The position numbers were made by a program, and so were the translations under genes. Shown here in pieces: positions 10,760 through 20,915 of a stretch of 39,566 bases of DNA (its first letter is position 1; each line of letters begins with the position of its first letter). The stretch lies in assembly GCF_001194135.2 (NCBI RefSeq), contig NC_068985.1, forward strand, positions 53,469,185-53,508,750. Reading direction: 5' to 3'. Source of the stretch: Octopus bimaculoides (Eukaryota). The notes under the pieces were generated by a model. That model saw only the letters and a list, made by a program, of their open reading frames with translations, did no database searches and was not told the DNA's origin.

Positions 10760-11430
10760 CACTGGTCAACAAAATTCGGACTTTCTGACGCAGATTTCGA
10801 ATCTGTTTTTAGAATTTTTCTATCAGGCATGGTTTTTATGTGACAGAGTAATTAAATTATACAATAAATGTACTGTATTAATGCAGAAATAAGGTTGACA
10901 ATTACAATTGGTCAACAGCATTAATGAAAAATTTTGTCCCACAAACAAAAGTAGGTGAACTTAATTAGCATTTTATCTGCAGAATTCAAGTGTGTTTCCA
11001 GATTATTTTCTCTAAGTCAGAGTTTTTCTTTGATAGCATATGTAAATTGTTAAGCAATTGTATTTCATGAATTAAAAAATCAGGCTGATATTACAACGAA
11101 ACTTAGCTCTAAAACGTAGAGGCGTATGGTTTTCGACTGTATTTAGCTTCTGGAACGTCCTTTTTTAGTGACCAACAATAATCAGCCAACATAGAAGAGT
11201 TCCTCTTTCCTTGATACTGGGTTTCCATGTTCAGAATGTCCTGGTGAAACCTCTCGCCGTGCTTGTCACTGACAGCCTCAAAATTTGCAGGGAAAAGGTG
11301 AGTTCAAGAACTGGATTTTTAGGTTCATATTGCATCCCAAGGCCTTGTATGATGTCAGTAGCTCTTTCACGATGTCAGAATAGTTCTCTGTTCTGTGATT
11401 CCTCCAAAATTCTCAGCAAACTTTCTTAAG
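10760..11430 (-). mobile_element. DNA transposon 3' remnant: transposase C-terminus (11109-11430) plus a probable terminal repeat
   Basis: Frameshifted YKALGCNMNLKIQFLNS-LDFFPANFEAVSDKHGERFHQDILNMETQYQGK..MLADYCW. Terminus TA|CACTGGTCAACAAAATT at 10758-10776. TA plus CACTG suggests Tc1/mariner-like, but I cannot assign the superfamily firmly. Confidence 0.75.
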
Positions 11431-11441
11431 TGACAGCCACG

Positions 11442-11672
11442 CAGCAAAAAATCAATAAACACAGGGGCCTGTCCGGTTGCTATTAGCTTGTGTCGGTCGC
11501 CTTCGAGACGTCAGATGTTCTAGGACCCCGTACTACCGATTTCCTCCACAAAATAGGGATAACGGCAGCCCGTTGGAGAAATAAGCCCCGCAAGTTGGAG
11601 TGGCTGCAGTGAATGTAGCCGGTCATTCTCCGCGGCAACGCCTTGGCGGTCATTATCGCGGGGTGTCACTGA
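11442..11672 (+). mobile_element. CRE-clade-like (RLE) LINE C-terminal fragment
   Basis: One frame with 3 internal stops: KINKHRGLSGCY*LVSVAFETSDVLGPRTTDFLHKIG...LEWLQ*M*PVILRGNALAVI. The VAxETxG and RGNA motifs are typical of CRE/R2-like ORF ends. Confidence 0.7.
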
Positions 11673-12382
11673 GCACTCTCTTTGTTCAGGGCTATGTGGC
11701 CCATCGCCCCCTCCCCCTCCATCTTCTGCTGTTTCAACCCCTTTTTTATTCTATAATTAAATAGTGATAAATATTGATCGTATATAAGCAACGAAGTCCA
11801 CTTTATATATGAATCTAAATTAATACAAAACAAGCTTAAAAGCCACACTCCGTGCGAATTTATATGCTTTCTCCGTGCGGAGGGTTAAGTGGGCCTGTGA
11901 CCCAAAACGAAAGAGAGCAATAATAATGAAGCATTTATTGGTACCCTACCAATATGGCGTTACTTTAAATTCAGTTGAAATGAAAAACCTGTAAGTTCAC
12001 AAATTTTTGGCGTTCTTTTAAAATTTGAATTTTCAATTGTTAGCATATTAGAAATCCTGATCCACACCTGATCACAACGTCGAATTTTCAAGAATCAAAT
12101 GAAGGGCAGTTCTTCAATCCCGGGATCATCCTGATTACAAAACAGTATATTATGTCTATGAAGAGCAAATGTAGACTGAGATGTAGGGGTCCCAACCGGA
12201 CGGGCAGACAGAATTTCGCGTTTATAATTATAGAAGGAATATGAAAATGACAAAATACTGAGTTGAGCAGATAACCAAAATAAAACAATAAAGATTACTA
12301 TTGGTCTTTTAGAAAAGTAATACTTTTAATTCGATGTGTCACCAAACTTTCACTGTTGGCGAAGTTTCTACAAACTTAATCT

Positions 12383-12535
12383 AACTTAGCAGTTCGGCGG
12401 CAAATAAAACCGATAGAATAAGAACCAGGCTTAAAAGAAAGTACTGTGGTCGATTTGTTCGACTATAACCCTTCAAGGTAGTGCCCCAGTATGGCCGCAT
12501 TCTAAGGCTTGAAACAAGTCAAAATTAAAAGGAAT
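12383..12535 (+). mobile_element. SINE family C, 3' module only
   Basis: aacttagcagttcggc...gatagaataag...ggtagtgccccagtatggccgc...gaaacaagt, followed by (GT)n. Confidence 0.7.
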
Positions 12536-12538
12536 ACA

Positions 12539-12579
<41 letters not shown>

Positions 12580-13023
12580 CGCGCGTATGTATATGTGTGC
12601 GTATATATGTATATATATAGCAGGACTTTTATTGTCCCCTTCATTCTCATAAAAGAAAGACTTCTGCCCTTAAGGATACAAACCCCAACCACGCGCGAAA
12701 TACGTATTGCTTTGACTGCTTATATTAATGCTCTGTATCTTTATATAATATCTATGTGTACAGTGATGGGATAAATTGTCAAAAAAAATTCCTACTTGCC
12801 AGAAGTGCAGCGCAACTTCGTAAATTTATTTGCGCTTTTATAATATTTCTTAAGCGACGATTATAAAGATATTTTAAAGCAAAAAATTAATTAGGAAACA
12901 ATAATATTGTATTTTACTTAAGAAATACGTTATCGCCGAGAAGTAACTGTAGGTAAATATATTTATCATCTTAATATGCGGTATTCAATCTATATTGTTC
13001 ATTTTAAATTATATTAGTCTCAC

Positions 13024-13098
13024 CTTTTCTTTGGCTTTCAAATAGGCAGCTTCAAGCTTTTTATAAGTGACAATGTATTCAATTTCACCATTGGGACC
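13024..13098 (-). CDS. ACCS: ACCS-like exon E7 (75 bp): GPNGEIEYIVTYKKLEAAYLKAKEK
   Basis: Acceptor tcgttttaaaag, donor AAG|gtgaga, phase 0/0. Aligns to human ...LTVEKLEMALREAHSE (recalled). Confidence 0.9.
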
Positions 13099-13142
13099 CT
13101 TTTAAAACGAGAAATATTACATTTGAGATTGATAGATTGATG

Positions 13143-13184
<42 letters not shown>

Positions 13185-13477
13185 CAAACGGACAGAAAGA
13201 CACACATATTCATACATACATGTTATTTAAACATCAATATATACATATAAGTCTGACGAGTCGTCTATAGAGCTAATAGCTTTATGGATGCGAACCCATT
13301 GGTCACTTTATGACCAGACATACTTAACTGCATGTGTGTGTGTGTGTGTCAATTCGAGGAAGTTAGATTCACATTAGGGATTATACAATCCAAAAGATTC
13401 CACTGGTTAATCACTATCATATAATGCGAAAGTCTCTGCGATATGTTAGGGATTATTGTAATAATGCATATTATTAA

Positions 13478-13672
13478 TATTTGTTTCTTTATTGCCCACA
13501 GGGGCTAAATATAGAGGAGACAAGCAAGGACAGACAAAGGGATTAAGTCGATTACATCGACCCTAATGCGTAGTTGGTACTTATTTAATCGACAACGAAA
13601 GGATGAAAGGCAAAGTCAACGTCGGAGGATTTTGAGCTTAGAACATAAAGACAGATGAAACACCGCTAAGCA
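13478..13672 (-). mobile_element. SINE family A variant with a third tail type (A3: ...tgtgggcaataaagaaac)
   Basis: Same core as A1/A2 but the 3' ~60 bp are unrelated; the 5' head is missing. Confidence 0.7.
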
Positions 13673-13818
13673 TAAAAATATATCGAACATTCTCGGATAC
13701 TATCATCTCAGCCAAGTGATAGAAAATATAAATCATTGTCGTTAACGAAATAATTGAGAAAATACAGAAGAATAAAAGAGGTTTAAAAATTGATGAATAT
13801 GGAATTATTAGGACGAAC

Positions 13819-13916
13819 CGTTTCTTTGATTGACACATCGTACGTCTGGATGCGTGCAAAGTCAAGAAAATCGTTTCTTATTCTGGAATAATACGGTGAC
13901 AAACAAAGGAAATAAT
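13819..13916 (-). CDS. ACCS: ACCS-like exon E6 (98 bp): (D)YFLCLSPYYSRIRNDFLDFARIQTYDVSIKET
   Basis: Acceptor tttctgtttctttctag, donor ACG|gttcgt, PYY motif. Phases 1/0 fit both neighbours. Confidence 0.92.
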
Positions 13917-14273
13917 CTAGAAAGAAACAGAAAGAAAGGAATTTAACTGAAACATTTCAATTAGCCATTTAAGTATCGCATTTATATGTGTATGTATATT
14001 ATCGACAAGCCAATTACTGCAGTACTTGTCCTGAGACAACATTTGTTATGGACTTACTGTGTCAGATACAAAAGGACGAAATGCATCGAATACTCTCGAT
14101 TGGTGCTGTTGTGATATTTATTGTGTTTTTAACACAGCAAGGCCATAAGAGATGTTATTTCATGAAAAATATCGCAGTAACTGGGCTAGCAACAGGATGA
14201 GCACATTAAAATAATTCGTTGATACAGTTCTATATTTAAGAGATGAGGAATTATTTACATTTAACGGATACTT

Positions 14274-14319
14274 AATACAACGTTTCGGCTGATATACCCT
14301 CCAGCCTTCATCAGTTGTC
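14274..14319 (-). ncRNA. Minimal type I hammerhead ribozyme motif, left pLTR
   Basis: GACAA-CTGATGA-A-GGCTG(gagggtatat)CAGCC-GAAAC-GTT-GTATT: core boxes, 5-bp stem II, palindromic AACGTT in place of stem III. Confidence 0.7.
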
Positions 14320-14432
14320 TTGGGGAAAATTTCGAACCTGAGTTCTCATTCCTTAAGGTATTTTTCGACGTTCTTGTTATTATTATTATTATTATTTATT
14401 ACTCAGGTCTATCATTCTACTATTATTCAGGT

Positions 14433-14503
14433 CACTGCCTGGAATCGAACTCGGAATCTTGGGGTTAGTAGCTCGCGCTATTAACCACAACGCCGTATAC
14501 CCG
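14433..14503 (-). other. tRNA-derived Pol III-like module inside the left pLTR
   Basis: cggcgttgtggttaatagcgcg (A box) ... ccgagttcgattcc (B box). Cloverleaf is degenerate, so not a functional tRNA. Confidence 0.65.
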
Positions 14504-15337
14504 TGGGCAATTATGGAGTGAATTTTAGGGCTTATAAATATAATATTTTCCTATCCTTCCTTAATACCGGTTCCCATATGCTACTCATNNNNNNNNNNNN
14601 NNNNNNNNNNNNNNNNNNNNNNNNNNNNNNNNNNNNNNNNNNNNNNNNNNNNNNNNNNNNNNNNNNNNNNNNNNNNNNNNNNNNNNNNNNNNNNNNNNNN
14701 NNNNNNNNNNNNNNNNNNNNNNNNNNNNNNNNNNNNNNNNNNNNNNNNNNNNNNNNNNNNNNNNNNNNNNNNNNNNNNNNNNNNNNNNNCATGTTTCGCC
14801 TTTGTATAACCTTCCACAGCTGCATGGGATGGAGTACACGCAGTTTTTAGTCAGTATTCAAGAGTAATTCAATACTTTGCAAATATCTCCTTCGAATAAA
14901 ACCACCAATAGAAGAGAATATGACCAAAGACTGCGTGTACTCCATCCCATGCAGCTGTGGTAGGTTATACAAAGGCGAAACATGTTGTCCCCTCAAAATA
15001 AGGGTAGAGGAACAGCGCAAAGCTGTGACACAAGGAGATGTTGATAAATCGGGTATAGCTGATCATGTATTGAAAAATGGAGATCACCTCCCCCTGTGGG
15101 ATGAAATTAAAATAATAGACAGAGAACACCACTAGAAAATACGAAAACTAAAAGAAACAGCACATATACTNNNNNNNNNNAATACGAAAACTAAAAGAAA
15201 CAGCACATATACTAGGACACAACAAACTCCTAAGCAGACCGAGTGCAGATATGAACAGCATATGGGAACTGGTACTAAGGAAGGATAGGAGAATATTAGA
15301 TTTATAAACCCTAAAATTTACTCCATTAATTGCCCAC

Positions 15338-15402
15338 GGGTATATGGCGCAGTGGTTAAGAGCGCGGGTTACTAACCCCATGAGTTCGATTCCAGGCAGT
15401 GG
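15338..15402 (+). other. tRNA-derived Pol III-like module inside the right pLTR
   Basis: TGGCGCAGTGG at 15345-15355 and GAGTTCGATTCC at 15382-15393; starts ~30 bp after the GIY-YIG stop codon. Confidence 0.65.
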
Positions 15403-15499
15403 AATTCCACTGCCTGGAATCTCGAACCTGGGTTCTCATTCCTAATGTATTTTTCGATGTTATTATTATTATTATTCAGGTCACTTCCTGGAATGGAGA

Positions 15500-15534
<35 letters not shown>

Positions 15535-15582
15535 TCGAAAAATACCTTAGGAATGGGAACCCGGGTTCGAAATTTTCCCCAA

Positions 15583-15628
15583 GATACCTGATGAAGGCTG
15601 GAGGGTATATCAGCCGAAATGTTGTGTT
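15583..15628 (+). ncRNA. Minimal type I hammerhead ribozyme motif, right pLTR
   Basis: GATAC-CTGATGA(15588-15594)-A-GGCTG..CAGCC-GAAA(15616-15619)T-GTT-GTGTT. Differs from the inferred consensus by two C>T changes. Confidence 0.65.
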
Positions 15629-16744
15629 AACAACAAACAGGATGAGGACAAATATCCGTCAAATATAAATAATGTGCATAATTCGTAGATGTCTATTCTA
15701 ATTAATTACCGCGTCATTTGCACATACCGGATATTTGAAATATTTAGAATATTTCTTATAAATTTTGAGAAAGAATTTTATTTTTGTATATGGGCTGCAA
15801 GATTCTCGATGTGAAATCGTGTGTCAAAACAGATTGTGCTGTATCTAGGAAGGGTCATAATGCAACTATGAAACACACGCACTGGTGCTATTTTGTCTTT
15901 TATTGCTTTTAGTCAACTAATCGGTTGTTTGATTATGTGTCCAGTCAATTAGTTAGGTTTGTCAGAGTCATTTCGTTTCTATCTGCTCTAACGATAAGAA
16001 AAGAAATAAAATAGAACCAATGAGTGTGTTTCTCATTCGAATAATGTCTCACCACCCATCAATATATGACAAAATTTAGAAGAAAAATAACCCGATTTTA
16101 ATGTAAAGTAAAATTACACCGATGAAAGTTGTTTTAAACGGTTTAGGTTCTGAAATAGAATCTAATTATTATGATTGCTAAAATAGTCGTGTTATGAAAT
16201 TGTAATTGAGGCTCATTTGTGTACTTCATTTCCTGGTAATATTTCTACTAATTTACTATTAGTTTACAACAGACAAACATGCTCACGTGCAAAAAAAAAC
16301 TCATACAAAATACGCAAACACATATATCATACACAGATGCGCACGCACACACATATATATGCATGCATGTATGTATGCATGTATGTATGCATGTAAGTAT
16401 GTATGTATGTATGTATGTAAATTTTTACACGAATTGACTAGTTTTTGCACGAAAAATTCAGAGTATGTACTCATTGAACTTAAACGCATACATATACAAT
16501 GACACACACAGCCACATACAAATGCATACATACACACACAGATGCACACGCGCACACACTCACACACACACACACACACATACACACACACACACACGCA
16601 TACACATACACGCAAACACACATACAAACACTTACATGCGTTATATATAGCGAGGAGGAAGGCAGTTATTCGTGCCTGAAGACCATGAGGAATAGATGCA
16701 AATCGTTAAGTGTTTACGTAAACTGATCCTTGAACGAAGGCCCT

Positions 16745-17165
16745 GGCGTACTAGCTAGTCTCTTTTGCTCTAGCTGAGCTCACTATAGAATCCGGCTTTT
16801 GGCATATTGGACCTGGCCCTGTGTGAAACGTAACCCATCCATCTGAACTGTCTGACCAGCAGCATGATTCCAATGCTCGGGTCGTTGGTCTGCTGGAGGA
16901 CTGCGTTGTTGGGGATATGTTCTTTCTATAAGATGTCCATGATGGAGCGAAGGCATCTCTGATGAAAACGTTCCAGTAGTTTGACCTGTTTTCTGTACAG
17001 CGCCTAAACTTCTGACCAATAGAGGAATGTAATAGTGACAACTGCCTCGTAGATTTTGATCCTAGTGGACAACTGCAATACTCAGGTTCTGCCATACATG
17101 TGTCTTCCAGAAATTGCCATAATCCACATACCAGCCACCGCAAATTAACATCGAAGGACACCCCT
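16745..17165 (-). mobile_element. RTE-clade LINE internal fragment (post-RT region)
   Basis: Frameshifted [75 protein letters not shown]. Flanked by CA/GT microsatellites. Confidence 0.8.
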
Positions 17166-17538
17166 TTCTCGCAGTGTGTGTGTGTGTGTGTGTGTGTGCG
17201 TGCGTGTGCGTGCGAATGTGCGTGCGAATGTGTGTGCGAATGTGCGTGTGTATGTGTGTGTGTGTGTGGTGGGCGTGTGTGTGTGTGTGTGTGCGGTGCG
17301 CGCGCGCAATAGGTTTTAGATATTTACACGGATGAATTCAAAATAGTCAATGCATACTCAGTAATATTTAATGAAAATAACACTTTTAGTGGTTATACAG
17401 CATATCTGTAAGTTTCGTATTCAGAATTATGAATGCAAATAAAACTCAGCATTTTTATAAAAATTCTTCATGGTTTAAAAAATTTTATTTCAACTTCAAC
17501 ATTTGTGATATCTGAAAATTTATAGAGAAGGAGCTTAC

Positions 17539-17605
17539 CATTTTCTTCAGCCAATCCAAACGCGACGATGTTAAGCAGACTGGTAACACCACTGACTGTA
17601 ATTAA
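17539..17605 (-). CDS. ACCS: ACCS-like exon E5 (67 bp): LITVSGVTSLLNIVAFGLAEEN
   Basis: Acceptor tttcattttacag, donor G|gtaagc. Aligns to human VVVLNGGASLFSALATVLCEAG (recalled). Confidence 0.92.
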
Positions 17606-17644
17606 CTGTAAAATGAAATCATTCTTTGATTGTCTTTCAGCGTT

Positions 17645-17683
17645 CATATATATATGTATATATATAAATATATATATGTATGT

Positions 17684-17715
<32 letters not shown>

Positions 17716-17770
17716 GTATGTATGTATATTATGTGTGTATGGATGAATGGATATGTGTATATATATATAT

Positions 17771-17866
<96 letters not shown>
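17645..17866. repeat. (TA)n/(GATA)n compound microsatellite
   Basis: Read directly. Confidence 0.95.
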
Positions 17867-18351
17867 TATCCAGGTGATATCGCTAAATGGGCCTGGATTC
17901 TATATACGTGTTAACATAACTGTATTTGTAGGGTGTTCACTTGGCAAATACATCGTATCGGATTCAATTTCGGATTCGCGGCACAGCAAATTTCACTGCG
18001 TATCTTCAACCAAGGCCAAGTGATTAGAATTTGAGCCAACTTTGTGGAAACCCATCAGAGAGACATTTTTTTCTGTTCTAACGTGGTAAACTTAACCGCT
18101 TGTCCGGATTAACACTACCACTATCCGTGTTCAAATGCTTTTAGCGAAGATCAGTGGTGTTAAACTGTATTCGATTTATATCTTCAGTTGGAGGATAACT
18201 TGATCTCCTCTTCCCACCTATCTCTCAGAAGTTCTAAAAGGAGTCATTGGCACTTCTTTTGTTTCTCCCACTGAACGATTAAAAAATATCTTAGCGTTTA
18301 TGTCTGTGTTGATGTGTGTGTGTGACGGGTTCTTTACTAGTTTGCTTGTCT

Positions 18352-19092
18352 TTAATAATCCTTTCTACTGCAGGCATAGGGTCTGATACTTTGACGAAGT
18401 GGGGGCTAGTTCTTGACTGGTACTTATCCAATCGACCCCAAAAGGATGCAAGGCCAAGGTGACCTACGTGGGATTTGAAATCAAAACATTAAGACAAGCG
18501 AAATGCCGCTAAGTTCGGCGAGGTAATGATTCTTCCAGCTCGCCGCATTTTTCCATCTTTAATAATGGTTTCAAATGTTGACACAAGGCCAGAAATTTTA
18601 GGGGTGAGGGTAAGCCGTTTACATCACCGTCTTGTGCTCATGTTTAATAATACGGGAGTTACAGTGAAAGTAATGCAATAAAAAAAGGTTATGTCCACTT
18701 TTGCATTATATTCAGTACATTCTTCGTATGTTATGGAAACAGTTTTTTCATAATTTTGCCACAAAGCAAGTAATTTTGAGGGCAGTGAGCAAGTTGATTA
18801 CATCGACCCCAGTACTTGACTGGTACTTTATCTTATCCACACCGTAATGCTGCTAAGAAATAACGCATAATTATTTTCAACTGATCTTTCATCAATATAT
18901 TGGTTTCAAACTTTGGCACAAGGCCAGCAATTTTAGCGGAAGGGGTAAGTCGATTACATCGTTAACAGTGCTCAACTAGTACTTATTTTTATGGAGCCCG
19001 AAAGGATGAAAGACAAACTCAGAAAGTAAAGACGGACGAAATGCCGCTAAGCATTTTTCCCGGCATGCTAACGATTCTACCAACTCGCCACC
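18352..19092 (-). mobile_element. Cluster of four reverse SINE family A copies or fragments
   Basis: Near-full copies at ~18352-18548 and ~18895-19092; tail-only fragments at ~18560-18630 and ~18755-18845. Confidence 0.75.
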
Positions 19093-19246
19093 TTCTCTCA
19101 TCAATATATTCAAATAATGGTACTACTTACATTGTTCTATACTATTTTGCTTATCTGAAAATGTATAGTTATGGCAATGTCAATACATATTTATTTTCAA
19201 CAGAATTTTTTTTACTAATGTATAACAAAACAATTACACTACTTAC

Positions 19247-19316
19247 GTTGTTTTTATCAATGGGGTTTATAGGATGTAAAAATGTCGTCATAAATTTCGA
19301 AACTGCCTCTCGAAAC
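19247..19316 (-). CDS. ACCS: ACCS-like exon E4 (70 bp): FREAVSKFMTTFLHPINPIDKNN
   Basis: Acceptor tatttatatacag, donor AAC|gtaagt. Aligns to human LREEVAKFLSFYCKSPVPLRPEN (recalled). Confidence 0.93.
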
Positions 19317-19613
19317 CTGTATATAAATACGAGAACATAAAATAAGATTTAAAATTGTGTTTTTGATGAACAGAAATATGACTGTAGTACAAGAATATAA
19401 GAAAATAAGAGCAGTATAGAGAATGGTAGCTTGCCAAGTGAAGAGGATTCCAAAGAAAGGACTAATGTTTCTTACGCTTCCTATATATGTTTGTATGCAT
19501 GTATGTATGTGTGTATATATGAATTAATATATTGATAGATACATACACACATATATCTCGTTTTTGGATTTGGTTTGCAAGATTCTTTATGTGAGTTCGT
19601 GTGTTGAAGCATA

Positions 19614-19908
19614 TTCTGTTGTGTCTGGGGAGAGTCATTCTCTTTTGGTGCCTTATAATTTAACACACTCACCGGTAAAATTTCCACTTATTTCTTTTTA
19701 ATGTTTTCTTTTTTATTTTTCTAAAATTTTCACTGCGTCTTGCAACCTTTTCAATAGTTTTGAGTCAAAACTGTTGAAAAGGTTGCAAGACGTAACGAAA
19801 ATTTCAGAAAAATAAAAAATAATAATAAAAAAGAAATAAGTGGAAATTTTACCGGTGTGTTAAATTATAAGGCACCAAAAGAGAATGACTCACCCAGGCA
19901 CAACAGAA
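19614..19908. repeat. Foldback inverted repeat, ~145-150-bp arms, 1-nt spacer at 19764
   Basis: gagtcattctcttttggtgccttataatttaacacac / gtgtgttaaattataaggcaccaaaagagaatgactc; centre ttttga-g-tcaaaa. Confidence 0.92.
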
Positions 19909-20094
19909 CATACACATATCGTTATCTTTATATATGTCGCGTACATAGTTCACTTCACTATTACATATGTAGTATGGCATATTGTAGAAATAAAGTGTTG
20001 TCTCGGTGTAAAAGTTGGTCACTTATTTATCTTTCAGTAATGGGAATAAATACTGCAATGAACGGGCAGACTCGTAAGCGTTTCCCACAAAATA

Positions 20095-20350
20095 TTTAGA
20101 GACATTTCTCCCGGCTCTTTACGCTCTGAGTTCAAATCCCTCTACAGTCAATTTTGCTTGTCATCCCTGCAGGGGTCGAGAAAATAAAGCATCAAACAAG
20201 TACTGGGGTTGATGCAATCGACTTGTCTCCTCCCTTCAAAATTGCTGGCCTTGAACCTCGCAAGAGACCGGTGTCCTGTTCAGGGAGAATGTTGTGTGAT
20301 TTCGGTCACTTACATATCATCGAAACTAGATAACCGGCCTTATGAGTCGT
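20095..20350 (+). mobile_element. 5'-truncated SINE family A copy, followed by a family B-like 3' fragment
   Basis: A core to ~20255, then gaccggtgtcctgttcaggg...cgaaactagataaccggccttatgagtc, similar to 32335-32400. Confidence 0.55.
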
Positions 20351-20402
20351 TGGACTCATTTGAAAAATGTGAACAAGTTTTCTGATAAAGAAAACGATAG
20401 AT

Positions 20403-20915
20403 TGATAAGTTTCCTATCCAGTATAATTATCTGTCAGCTACATAATCCATTGATTACTCCAACACACAGCAACGTAGGATTGCTGCTTCCTGTTTTGTAG
20501 AGTTTATATGGTGAAACATTTAAACTATCACCGGTCTAGTCCATTTAACTACAACATGAATATTATGCAAATGCACAGGTATGTCGCAATTACAAAACGA
20601 TGACGTTATATAAAAGTCGACTGCCTCTATAGGTTCCAGGAATGAAAGAAAGTGCTCTGGCTGATAAGTTTCCTTTCCAATATGATTATCTTTCAGACAT
20701 ATAATCCATTAAAAGCTGGAATAATCTCCAGAACACACGGCATAATATTATTGCTCCTAGTGTTGTAGACATTAATATGGAAAAAAACTCCATTTATCTC
20801 TCACTGATCCAGTTCATTTAACTATACAACGAAGGTACTACGCAATGCTACGACATATTGCAGTAATAAGATGGCGACTCTATTTAGTTTGGCTACTTCT
20901 ATAATCTGCAAGCAA
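20403..20915. repeat. Old tandem duplication, unit ~259-271 bp, two copies
   Basis: tgataagtttcct at 20403 and 20662, followed by collinear blocks (ataatccatt, tgtaga, catttaacta, ctata). Confidence 0.7.

Larger units (their letters stand above)
14223..15683. mobile_element. Penelope-like element: two 5'-truncated GIY-YIG + pLTR arms in inverted (tails-out) orientation
   Basis: Right arm encodes VYSIPCSCGRLYKGET...IADHV...KIIDRE...WELVLRKDRRILDL* (GIY-YIG endonuclease). The left arm is its reverse complement, interrupted by gap 14589-14789. The arms meet near 14862-14876. Confidence 0.88.

Noticed and set aside
11830-12240. Possible Helentron/HINE-like non-autonomous element ending cggacgggcagacagaatt...tataattataga
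   Set aside because: Only the 3' end is suggestive; no subterminal inverted repeat or second copy could be verified.
14070-14200. Donor-like ACA|gtaagt at ~14075 on the minus strand as an extra exon
   Set aside because: No open frame or ACCS similarity upstream, and E5 joins E6 in phase without it.
14503-14850. ORFs containing X runs (also 26894-27133 and 34444-35430)
   Set aside because: They are open only because of N gaps.
15138-15213. 33-bp direct repeat across the 10-N gap (and a 43-bp one at 35368-35463)
   Set aside because: Identical sequence on both sides of a fixed-size gap is an unmerged contig overlap, not a biological duplication.
15338-15402. Possible tRNA genes (this module and the SINE heads)
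   Set aside because: A and B boxes are present, but acceptor and T stems do not pair properly and each continues into repeat body sequence.
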